From NCBI GenBank assembly GCA_947382485.1, contig CANCYS010000003.1, positions 115,337-179,336 of the forward strand: a DNA stretch of 64,000 nt, in the 5' to 3' direction. Below are positions 48,888-57,847 of this stretch, piece by piece. The notes under the pieces were generated by a model. The model was not told where the DNA came from. It ran no database searches and was given only the letters and a program-made list of their open reading frames with translations. A program made the position numbers and the translations under genes. Positions within the stretch are counted from its first letter, which is position 1. The number at the start of each line of letters is the position of its first letter. Source of the DNA: an uncultured Clostridia bacterium. Lineage in GTDB: Bacteria; Bacillota; Clostridia; Christensenellales; UBA1242.

Positions 48888-49647
48888 AAAATTTTCTCCT
48901 CACTGCTCCAAAAACTCCACGATAACTTTTTGCATAATCAACATATTCTCTTGAATTGTTTATGAATGACAAACACAATTTTTTTGAGTACTTTCTATTG
49001 TCTATATAACTGAAATTGTTACTCAAAAAATTATCCTTATAAAGCCATGGAATTACAAATAAAATTTCTTGTTTTAAGATGTCTTTTATCTCATGTTCAC
49101 CAAGAGTTTTTCCACTCATTTCTAATGCAACTCTTGCTTGATTTAATATTAAATTTACATTTTTGATTCCACTAAAAAGATAAACTTTTTGAATTAGTTT
49201 TATACTGTTTCTTATTGTATCTGAATGGTCATTTAAGACTATTATTGCTTCATTTGAAACATCGAGCATCGCACTTGTGATTTTGTCATTAAAACAATTT
49301 ACATCAACAAGAATATAATCAAACTGACTGACTAATTCCATTACAAAAAATTTGATGAGTTCTATATGCGACAGATAATCAAATGTAACTTGATTTGTCT
49401 TCACATATGAAAGCCTATCATTATAATGATTTAGAGTTTCACTAGCACGAAGGCTACCTGTTATATATTCTTTTAAATCTATTCCATTATTTTTTTCAAA
49501 CTTAGATGAAAGTGAATTCATACCAAAATAGGCATCTATCACACATACCTTAAAATTTTTATATGATAGTTCTTTTGCAAGTGAGCAAATTATGGAAGAC
49601 TTTCCCACACCACCTTTTGCTGATAAAAAACTCACAACTCTACACAT
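48871..49647 (-). CDS. minD: MinD-like ATPase (divergent)
   Basis: Deviant Walker A SAKGGVGKS, FDYILVD, LILNQ, C-terminal amphipathic GVFGAVRRKF; start moved to MCRVVS. Confidence 0.7.
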   Translation of the reverse strand: MCRVVSFLSAKGGVGKSSIICSLAKELSYKNFKVCVIDAYFGMNSLSSKFEKNNGIDLKEYITGSLRASETLNHYNDRLSYVKTNQVTFDYLSHIELIKFFVMELVSQFDYILVDVNCFNDKITSAMLDVSNEAIIVLNDHSDTIRNSIKLIQKVYLFSGIKNVNLILNQARVALEMSGKTLGEHEIKDILKQEILFVIPWLYKDNFLSNNFSYIDNRKYSKKLCLSFINNSREYVDYAKSYRGVFGAVRRKFYEKFE

Positions 49648-49801
49648 ACTATTATCATACAAAATTTTTAATTTTAGATTAGCATACTTATGTGTCCGAA
49701 AATTATACATTATGTCAAATTTTGATAAAATATAAATATTTTATAATTTTGTGTTTGTATGTAGCAAAAAAATAATATATAATTGAGTTAGTGAGGTGAA
49801 T

Positions 49802-50809
49802 ATGTCAACTTATTATTTAGGAATGAAAATTGGTTCGACCAATACAAGCATATATAAATCTGGTAATGGACTTGTTTTAAGAGAACCTAGTTTGATTGCT
49901 ATGGCTTCTAATTTGAAAATTAAAGATGTTAAAGCAATTGGTAATGATGCTAAACAACTTATTGGAAAAACTAATGATAGCATTTCTGTGTTCTCACCAA
50001 TTTCACAAGGTGCAGTTCAATATCAAGATTTGGCTGTTTTGATGCTTAAAGGATTTTTGAAAAAAATATTCCCTACAAGAACTTTTGGAAATAATATTAA
50101 AGTTGTTTTGAGTGTTTCACTTGGACTTTCCCCTGCTGAAAAAAAACAACTTGAAGTTACTTGTTTTAAAGCAGGCATTGCAGATGTTTATATTGTTCCT
50201 GATGTTATTTCTTATTGTTATGGCAGTGGAATTGACATTCAGTCAGACGAAACAAGACTTATTGTTTCTATTGGTGGAGATACAACAAACATTGCAACTG
50301 TTGCTAACAACTCTATTATTAATGGATATTCATTTTCATTTGGTGGTGCAATAATCAATCTTGCAATCACAAAATATATTGAAGAAACATATAATATAAA
50401 GATTTCTCTTGACCAAGCAGAACGCATTAAAATTGAATATTGTTCCCTTTTGGAAAATTATTCTGACTCAATCGAAATTTCTGGATTTAATAAGAAAGAA
50501 CAAAAAACAGAAAAAATTACTTTTAGTTCAAGCGAACTTCATCATATTTTGAAACATTATTATGAAAAAATTGCTGATGCTATTGTTTCTGTTATTAAGT
50601 CTTGTGAGCCAGAAGTTGTTGCTGATATTGAGAAAAATGGCATAGACATTTATGGTGGTGGTAGCATTATTATTGGTCTAGATAAGTTTATGACTGAAAG
50701 AACACACTTTAAAATTAATGTTTCTGACACTCCAAAAGCTAATATTTTGGGGCTTGGTGAGTTAATCAAATATCCTCAAATTTTAAAAAGAGTTATTAAA
50801 AACAACTAA
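49802..50809 (+). CDS. MreB/Mbl-like actin homolog (divergent)
   Basis: GLVLREPS, AIGNDAK, SPI..G, AERIKI, PEVVADI, YGGGS; GAGGTG RBS before ATG at 49802. Confidence 0.85.
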   Translation: MSTYYLGMKIGSTNTSIYKSGNGLVLREPSLIAMASNLKIKDVKAIGNDAKQLIGKTNDSISVFSPISQGAVQYQDLAVLMLKGFLKKIFPTRTFGNNIKVVLSVSLGLSPAEKKQLEVTCFKAGIADVYIVPDVISYCYGSGIDIQSDETRLIVSIGGDTTNIATVANNSIINGYSFSFGGAIINLAITKYIEETYNIKISLDQAERIKIEYCSLLENYSDSIEISGFNKKEQKTEKITFSSSELHHILKHYYEKIADAIVSVIKSCEPEVVADIEKNGIDIYGGGSIIIGLDKFMTERTHFKINVSDTPKANILGLGELIKYPQILKRVIKNN

Positions 50810-50920
50810 ATTTATGAAACTCAAAATATTATAGTTATATTTTTTAAACTAAAAAACTCCACAAATGCTGAAAAATTCATAATTCAGCATTTTTTGTTTA
50901 ACTTTAAAATAAATTGGGTA

Positions 50921-50949
50921 TTGACATTGAATGTCTTATTTGTTATAAT
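50921..50949 (+). promoter_or_regulatory. consensus sigmaA promoter
   Basis: TTGACA-17-TATAAT with extended TG. Confidence 0.85.
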
Positions 50950-51053
50950 ACAGTAGAAGATTGAGCATAGCAATGATTATGCCTTTTATTTAAAACATAC
51001 GCTAACTAAAATCTTTAATACAAATTAAATTATATTTCGTAAGGGAGTGAAAT

Positions 51054-51794
51054 ATGGATTTAAAAAAGAAAAAGATAACAGTGCTTGTTAGTGTTTTAAT
51101 GGTTATATTGATTGCGGTGGTTGGTGTTATTGTTGGTGTTACGCTTAACAATAAAAACAAGACTAACAAACCAGAACCCCCACCTGTTGTCAATTATAGT
51201 TCATACACACAAGCAATAACAGAAGGTTTTGTTTCTCAAAACTACAAAGGGGCTTACAAATTATCAGGTATTGCTTCTGTTGAGTTTAATATGAAAAAAC
51301 CTGACGCAACAGATGCACAAAACGAATTTAGGTTGAGCCAAGCCGATGTTAACCAATTATATGTAAACAAAGGCGTTAAACCATATGATAAAAATGGTTT
51401 CATGGGTAAACTTTTAGAAGACAAAAAATCTGATGTTGCAAGAAACAAAGAAAGTATTGTGTTTAATGCAACTGAAAATTTGGGATTATTTACTAAAAAC
51501 CACAATTTAAGTCCCGTTCAAACAGGAACTTATGCTGGTGATGATGAAGTTATAATGATTACCCTTTCAGATAAAAAAACAATTTTTGCTTCATTTGTAT
51601 ATTCAGATATATTCTTTGATGGCAACAACACGCTTGTTCTTGAAGGTAAACATGAAATTGATTACAAAAAACTATACATTACAGAAAATGTTTATAGTAG
51701 CAAAAATTCAAAATTATTACTTTTCACTGTTACTTATATATATGAATTACAAACTTACGACACACTTTTACCAGATGCTGAATTAGACTTTTAA
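51054..51794 (+). CDS. hypothetical membrane-anchored exported protein
   Basis: N-terminal TM, KPEPPP linker; AAGGGAG RBS. Confidence 0.78.
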   Translation: MDLKKKKITVLVSVLMVILIAVVGVIVGVTLNNKNKTNKPEPPPVVNYSSYTQAITEGFVSQNYKGAYKLSGIASVEFNMKKPDATDAQNEFRLSQADVNQLYVNKGVKPYDKNGFMGKLLEDKKSDVARNKESIVFNATENLGLFTKNHNLSPVQTGTYAGDDEVIMITLSDKKTIFASFVYSDIFFDGNNTLVLEGKHEIDYKKLYITENVYSSKNSKLLLFTVTYIYELQTYDTLLPDAELDF

Positions 51795-51824
51795 TCATAT
51801 CATAAAATGTATTTAGGAGGAATT

Positions 51825-52916
51825 ATGAAAAAATTATTTAAAAAGATTTCAAAATTTTTAGCATTAACATTAGTCCTTGCAGTTTCAACATTATCATTTG
51901 TTGCTTGTTCAAATTCAACACAAGGTAATCCAGTTGACAACTTTGGACAAGTTTCAAATATCAGCGATAACAACAACACAGTTACTGATACTCAACCTGC
52001 TACCCCAGTTGATAAAACAGAAGAAGGTTCTGGAAGCGAATCAGAAACAGCTGAAAGCACAATCAACGGCATTTTTAAATTTGACAACTATGCACTCAAC
52101 TTTTCAAACATTTATTATGCTGATGAAGATGAACTTTTCAAATTCTTTGGTCTTTCAGACAGAAAAGAATTTAACAGTCTTTATGATGTTGTTAAACTTC
52201 TTGGATTCAATGAATTTGCAAACAACATTACAAACCTTGAAACAAGCAAACGTGCATATATCTTTAAATCAGATAACACAATCAATCATTTAACATTTGA
52301 TGCAGAAGAAAATTATACTTATGTTGAATCAGACAGAAACTTTACTTATGAAGTTACTGAGACAGGAATTGTTTCATCTGACAAAACAGTTGAACTTGTT
52401 TATGATGCTGAAACAAAAGTTTTGACAATGCGTTTTGAATTTACTTATGAAAAAGACGGCGAAACAATTTACACACCACTTTATATTGAAACTACCCTTT
52501 CACTTGTTGCTAACTCAGTTGGAATTTATGATGGTGTTCCATTTGACTATGTTGCTAACTCAGTTAAAATTTATGATGTAACAAGCATCAGTGCACAAGA
52601 AGAACTTGAACTTATGGCAAAAGTTTTTGGAATTGAAGTTCAAGAAGATACTGACCTTAGAGTTGCTATTGAAAATCACCTTGCAGGTTTCACACTTTCA
52701 ATTTCAAAAGATATGTCTGTTATTACACTTATCAAAGCTGATGGAAACTTCACCTTTGTTAAAGTTGATGACAACGGAATTTATTCAATCAACAACAGAA
52801 TCAATTTCCAAGTTGAAAGCAATACTCACAAACTTGACGGAACAAACTTAATTACATTCAAAGTTGTTCTTGAAAATGGTTCACATTTCACATTTGAATA
52901 TTTATATCAAATTTAA
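51825..52916 (+). CDS. hypothetical acidic lipoprotein
   Basis: MKKLFKK signal with FVAC lipobox, S/T/N linker; AGGAGG RBS; terminator at 52917-52946. Confidence 0.82.
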   Translation: MKKLFKKISKFLALTLVLAVSTLSFVACSNSTQGNPVDNFGQVSNISDNNNTVTDTQPATPVDKTEEGSGSESETAESTINGIFKFDNYALNFSNIYYADEDELFKFFGLSDRKEFNSLYDVVKLLGFNEFANNITNLETSKRAYIFKSDNTINHLTFDAEENYTYVESDRNFTYEVTETGIVSSDKTVELVYDAETKVLTMRFEFTYEKDGETIYTPLYIETTLSLVANSVGIYDGVPFDYVANSVKIYDVTSISAQEELELMAKVFGIEVQEDTDLRVAIENHLAGFTLSISKDMSVITLIKADGNFTFVKVDDNGIYSINNRINFQVESNTHKLDGTNLITFKVVLENGSHFTFEYLYQI

Positions 52917-52989
52917 AAAAAATCTAGGCAATGCCTAGTTTTTTTATTTATATAAAAATAAAAGATGCTTAGTTTTAAGCATCTTTTTA

Positions 52990-54510
52990 TTATAAAATTT
53001 CTAATTTCTTATGGAATGTTTTTTCAAAATCTCTACCGATTTCCATTCCCCTTTGAATTTCAAAAGTTGCGTCAGCAGTTGTCACTGTTTTCATTATAAC
53101 TGAGTCACCCAAAATGTCACAATTAATATCAACAATAACACTATTTTTTGTTCTATCAAAACATTCTGCAAGTCTTAAAATCATACCTAATTTCTTGGTT
53201 GCATCAACATCATCAACAGTAAGTATACCATTATATTTTGCCCATTCAGACATCTTTATATCACCACCTGAATGCAAAGATGCTACAAAACTTGCAAGGA
53301 TTAATTCCCTATGTGTAAGCCCATAAATTTCACTGTTAAGCACAACTTCAAACGAATAGTTTGCATGATTTTTGTAACTAATTCTCTTGCCCACATCGTG
53401 CATATATGATGCAACTCTAAGAACTTTTACATAACCTCTTGGGAGTTTATGCAAAACTCTGAGTTGTTTGAAAAGCAACATTGACAAATTGTAAACTTGT
53501 TCATTATGTTTTGTTGAATCAAGTTCAAATTGTGAAGTTTGAGCCATAACCGAAAAACCAACGATATCTGAATTTGGTTTTTCAAGAGTTGAAGGAATAA
53601 CTGAATTGAAAAGCAATCCTTCAACAAGTGACCTTGTTGTGATTGTGATTGTTTCTCTTTGAATTTCTTCAACGATTGATTTGATGATTTGAGTTGCGTA
53701 TGCAAACACATCAACTCTTGCTTCATTCAAACCTTTTATTCTCTTTTTCTCATCAATATCAAGTGCAAGAAGTTGTTTTAAAATATAATCAATATCTTCG
53801 GTTTTTAAGACATATCCATCATCTTTATCAAGAGGATATTTTGTGTAAATTCTATCCATTCTTGACAAGTCTTCAAAATATGAACCATTTCCTGCAACCA
53901 TGTATTCTGGATCTATATCTTTTATCCATTCAAAATCTGAAAGTTGAGATTTGATATATTTTGAAACTTTTTCAAATGCTTCGGCTTTGTCATATTTTGA
54001 AAGCGGATACATATCCACCAAGGTTTTTGGGCCAACAGGAATGTATGCCTGATTTAAAATGTTTCTTCTATTATAGTGAATCAAATGAATGTTGTCTGCC
54101 CCAACATTGATAATCAAAGCCTTTGGCAAATCATAACTGTTAAGCACACCTGTGTAGATTGCAACATTTTGTTCTTCTGGCGACATTAAAGTGAATCTGA
54201 AACCACAAGTTACAAACACTTCATCAAAGAAACTATAAATGTTCATTGGTTTTGTATCTTTAACAAAATTAGCGATTGCTATGGTTTTTGTTACGGCATA
54301 CATATCACAAATTTTTCTGAAATTTTTAAGAGTGTTGATAATTGACATTATTTGATTTTTCTTTAAGAAATGGTCATCATCCATTTCAAGACCAAACTGA
54401 ATTGGTTCAACTTCCATGTCACAAATTGAGAAATAGTTGTCTTGCACAACATTTGCAATAACAAGTTTTGCAGTGTAGGTTTCAACAAGAACAACAGCAA
54501 TTTTATCCAT
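52990..54510 (-). CDS. Ppx/GppA family protein with C-terminal HD domain (N-terminal catalytic motifs degenerate)
   Basis: Overall Ppx architecture, IKGLNEARVD, H..QV, MHDVG, GLTHRE, LRLAECFDR. Confidence 0.85.
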   Translation of the reverse strand: MDKIAVVLVETYTAKLVIANVVQDNYFSICDMEVEPIQFGLEMDDDHFLKKNQIMSIINTLKNFRKICDMYAVTKTIAIANFVKDTKPMNIYSFFDEVFVTCGFRFTLMSPEEQNVAIYTGVLNSYDLPKALIINVGADNIHLIHYNRRNILNQAYIPVGPKTLVDMYPLSKYDKAEAFEKVSKYIKSQLSDFEWIKDIDPEYMVAGNGSYFEDLSRMDRIYTKYPLDKDDGYVLKTEDIDYILKQLLALDIDEKKRIKGLNEARVDVFAYATQIIKSIVEEIQRETITITTRSLVEGLLFNSVIPSTLEKPNSDIVGFSVMAQTSQFELDSTKHNEQVYNLSMLLFKQLRVLHKLPRGYVKVLRVASYMHDVGKRISYKNHANYSFEVVLNSEIYGLTHRELILASFVASLHSGGDIKMSEWAKYNGILTVDDVDATKKLGMILRLAECFDRTKNSVIVDINCDILGDSVIMKTVTTADATFEIQRGMEIGRDFEKTFHKKLEIL

Positions 54511-54669
54511 ACTTTTCCACCTTCATTAAGATATTACGATTATAACATATATTTTATTATTTGTATATGAATATAAAGATTATTTAAAATTAATTTTTCA
54601 TTATATTAAAAACTTATAACTGAAATTTGTTTCGACGTTTTGTTTGACAATAATTTTAAATTTAATACT

Positions 54670-55452
54670 TTAAATTCTTGAAATTACATGCTCTGGGCAT
54701 GCTGCCACACACTTTCCGCATTTAATACATTTGCTTGTGTCAATCTTTGGTATTCCCCCAATCATTTTGATTGCTCTTGTTGGACAAGCAACAACGCAGG
54801 CTTCACAATGTGTGCAAGAAACTTTACAATTTCTTGTTACGACAGAATCATTTGAACTGTTTAAACAAACAACTTCAACAAACTTTTTGCTTGGAATGAG
54901 TTCAATTAGTTTATTTGGACAAGCACCAACACATTCACCACAACCAACACATTTATCTTTATCAACAATTGCACAACCTTTTGGAGAAATTGATATTGCA
55001 TCATAAATACAAGATTTTACACAATCACCGCAACCAAGACATGCAAATGGACAATATTTGTCACCATTATGAACTAGGTTTTTACTTGCACAAGTGTTAT
55101 CACCAACATATTCAAATTTATTGTTGCAGTCAACTCCGCCTTTACATCTTACAAATGCAACTGTATCAAAATGAACCTTTCTTTCTCTCTTTAAAACTTG
55201 TCTGATTTTCAGATAGTTTTTTCCTTTAAGATAAGGACATTTGCTTGGCGACGACTTTCCTTTAACAAGGTCACTTGCAAACTGTTTACAATCTACCCTT
55301 CCACATCTTTTACAATTTAGGTTTGGCAAAAGTTCATAAATAACTTCTGACGTTTTATCAAGTTTTTTATTTCTATTCGCAATGACAACTATTGCTATTA
55401 TCAGAAGTAGCAAAACAATTACCGTTGCAGCATAAATTATTATTTTTACCAT
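54670..55452 (-). CDS. rnfB: RnfB-like polyferredoxin
   Basis: N-terminal TM, LPNLNCKRCGRVDC, CP, several CxxCxxCxxxC(P) motifs; AGGAG RBS. Confidence 0.88.
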   Translation of the reverse strand: MVKIIIYAATVIVLLLLIIAIVVIANRNKKLDKTSEVIYELLPNLNCKRCGRVDCKQFASDLVKGKSSPSKCPYLKGKNYLKIRQVLKRERKVHFDTVAFVRCKGGVDCNNKFEYVGDNTCASKNLVHNGDKYCPFACLGCGDCVKSCIYDAISISPKGCAIVDKDKCVGCGECVGACPNKLIELIPSKKFVEVVCLNSSNDSVVTRNCKVSCTHCEACVVACPTRAIKMIGGIPKIDTSKCIKCGKCVAACPEHVISRI

Positions 55453-55462
55453 AACATTCTCC

Positions 55463-56041
55463 TTAGACAATCAACTGACTTGCGTAAATTAGAAGTATTG
55501 AAAATATTGCAAGCACAAACAATCTTGCAGAAACATCTCTGAAATTGATGTTCATATAACCCCTGTTGATGCTATGCACATAAAAACCAACAAAGAAATT
55601 CATAACAAATATAACAACTGATATTGCAGCAATCATCATTAAAAAATCAACAATTGCAACATTCATATTAAGCATGAAAATAACTGAAAGCATGAATGCA
55701 AAGTCAAACGCATAAGTGTATGATTTTTGATACAAATAGTTTTTGAAATATGAAATTTTTCTCCAAATTGCAGAAACAATAAGATTATAAAAACCAACTA
55801 AAAATACAACAACTGTGACATTTATATAAGCAATGTCAAACTTTGCATAGACATATTTATTTAAAAAGTATGCAATAGTTCCAATTATTGCAGTTCCTAT
55901 AATAACAAAAATTGCATCAAGGTATCTGAATGACCTATACATTTTTTCACGTTGAAACTCCAAAGCACCTGCTCCGTTGAACACAACGATGTTGCTTTGA
56001 ACTCCATAAATTAGCAAATATGATAAAAACATTTGTAACAT
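55463..56041 (-). CDS. rnfA: RnfA-like membrane subunit (divergent, no Cys)
   Basis: 192-aa polytopic membrane protein, QSNIVV near the N-terminus, placed between rnfE and rnfB. Confidence 0.7.
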   Translation of the reverse strand: MLQMFLSYLLIYGVQSNIVVFNGAGALEFQREKMYRSFRYLDAIFVIIGTAIIGTIAYFLNKYVYAKFDIAYINVTVVVFLVGFYNLIVSAIWRKISYFKNYLYQKSYTYAFDFAFMLSVIFMLNMNVAIVDFLMMIAAISVVIFVMNFFVGFYVHSINRGYMNINFRDVSARLFVLAIFSILLIYASQLIV

Positions 56042-56934
56042 TATTTTGCCTCCCTTCGTTCATCATCATAAACCTTCTCAATTTTGGTTTCCTTTGAGGC
56101 TTTGAAATGTTTATTCTTTTTTCTTTTTTCTGGTTTTTGAGGTTCTGTCACATTTGTTTCTTCTTCTGATGGTTTTTGCTCAACAATTTCATTTTCTTCT
56201 GACTTTTCAGAAATATCTTCTGCCATTTCCCCACCAATTGTATTTACTTCAATTGTGTTAACCAAAACCTTTTCTCTTCTAAGTTTGTCATATTGGAAAA
56301 CTTTTTCGTTTCTGATTTTCTTAACAAATTTTTGATAAGCCATTTTCTTGTCATTTGTTTTCTTTTTAATTGCTCGATAAACCATTTGAGCAAGTGCACA
56401 CAATAATCCAAGCCATAGAAGATTGAATGTCACCCCACCAAAAAACTCAACGCCTTTAAAAGCAAACAATGATTGATTGAATAATGTTCCTTTACTCAAA
56501 AATTCTTTTACCACAATAAACACCAAGGTTAAAACTGCAAAATTGAAAATTGCAGACATGATGTTTGCAAAATACTTTTTGTGTCTTGCCTTTGTGTCAA
56601 TATAGAAAACATCTACGCTCAAAACTATGGTAGACAAAACTGCATAAAAATTCAAATTTGATGCTTTCAAATTTAAAATATTAAACTTATCAAGTAAAAG
56701 ATTAAAAATTGTTATTAAAAATGTTGAAAGAATTGCTGTTATGAAAATTTTGATAGATTTGCTTAGATATTTATTAAATACAAAGCAAACAAACACTGAA
56801 ATCAAAAAACATACAGCAGTTGCGGATACAAAAAATAGTGCTTCGGTTGCATTTGTCATAACAAACATCAAAGGACAAATTGCAAGCACTGCGAGATGAA
56901 CAATGTTAAGTTCAATATTACTTTTTATGTGCAT
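56041..56934 (-). CDS. rnfE: RnfE-like membrane subunit with charged C-terminal tail
   Basis: LAICP, KEFLSKGTLF; operon position. Confidence 0.72.
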   Translation of the reverse strand: MHIKSNIELNIVHLAVLAICPLMFVMTNATEALFFVSATAVCFLISVFVCFVFNKYLSKSIKIFITAILSTFLITIFNLLLDKFNILNLKASNLNFYAVLSTIVLSVDVFYIDTKARHKKYFANIMSAIFNFAVLTLVFIVVKEFLSKGTLFNQSLFAFKGVEFFGGVTFNLLWLGLLCALAQMVYRAIKKKTNDKKMAYQKFVKKIRNEKVFQYDKLRREKVLVNTIEVNTIGGEMAEDISEKSEENEIVEQKPSEEETNVTEPQKPEKRKKNKHFKASKETKIEKVYDDERREAK

Positions 56935-57847
56935 TTCTATATCCTCCAAAGTTTAGTGGTTTCCAAACAAAATACTTATCCATAAATGGAACAAGCATGT
57001 TAACAAACAAAGCAACTACAAAAATTGTGTTTTCGCCAAGCGAACCAATTTTCCACAAAAGTGCAGAAAGTCCGCCAAACAAAACGGCATATACAAACTT
57101 GCCTGGAAGTGTGTTTGGTGAAGTGTTTGGATCTGTAATTATAAAAATGCAAGCAAACAAGAAAGAACCAGAAAGCATATTCATCATGGCTGGTTCTAAA
57201 CCTACCAAAACAACTTGAACAACAAAATATGACAAAATTGCAAAAAGTGGAAGTTTGTAGTCTATCACTCTTGTGTAAATTAAAAACACCAAGCAAATCA
57301 AAAGAACAATAATACAAGTTGTTCCAATTCCACCAACTGCTTGCCCACTAAACAAATTTGTGAGCGTATTTGTTCCGCCTGTTGCAAGCGAAGTTAATTC
57401 TTCACCATTGATTATGGTTTTGTAAAACTCACCAGAAAAACCTGCCAAAATTATTCCTGCAAAACATCTGCCTGTGTTTGCTGGATTGAATTTATTTATT
57501 CCAAGCCCACCAAGTGCAAACTTAACAATGAAAACTGAAAAGAATCCACAAGCAATAACAATATAAAATGGTGCTTTATATGGCATTGAAAGTGCAAGTA
57601 TTAAACCCGTTACAAAGAACGAGAAATTGTCAACTTTAAACTTTTTTAATTTAATAAGATTAAACAAACATTCAGAAAGCAAGCATGTTACCAAACTTAC
57701 AGCAATAATGATAAATGCGTTAAGTCCAAAATATAGAACAGAAAAAATTGCAGGCAAAACAAGAGCGATTGCTGTGAACAAGAACATTTTGTTTAAATCA
57801 TTTTTGCTATGCACAAAAGGTGCACTTGAAACAACAAACTTCTCCAT
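56918..57847 (-). CDS. rnfD: RnfD-like membrane subunit
   Basis: SSAPFVHS, GGLG.N.FNPA, GGIG, TDPNTSP, NMLVPFMD. Confidence 0.88.
   Translation of the reverse strand: MEKFVVSSAPFVHSKNDLNKMFLFTAIALVLPAIFSVLYFGLNAFIIIAVSLVTCLLSECLFNLIKLKKFKVDNFSFFVTGLILALSMPYKAPFYIVIACGFFSVFIVKFALGGLGINKFNPANTGRCFAGIILAGFSGEFYKTIINGEELTSLATGGTNTLTNLFSGQAVGGIGTTCIIVLLICLVFLIYTRVIDYKLPLFAILSYFVVQVVLVGLEPAMMNMLSGSFLFACIFIITDPNTSPNTLPGKFVYAVLFGGLSALLWKIGSLGENTIFVVALFVNMLVPFMDKYFVWKPLNFGGYRNAHKK

Noticed and set aside
49692-49720. dif-like sequence GTGTCCGAAAA-TTATACA-TTATGTCAAAT
   Set aside because: The right arm resembles a XerD site, but the left arm is weak and needs a 7-nt spacer. It lies between divergent genes, and the minus-strand gene bias continues on both sides, unlike a terminus.
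50950-51050. Riboswitch in the ~100-nt leader of the exported-protein operon
   Set aside because: Only a weak hairpin (GCATAG...TTATGC) is present, and I could not match a known aptamer.
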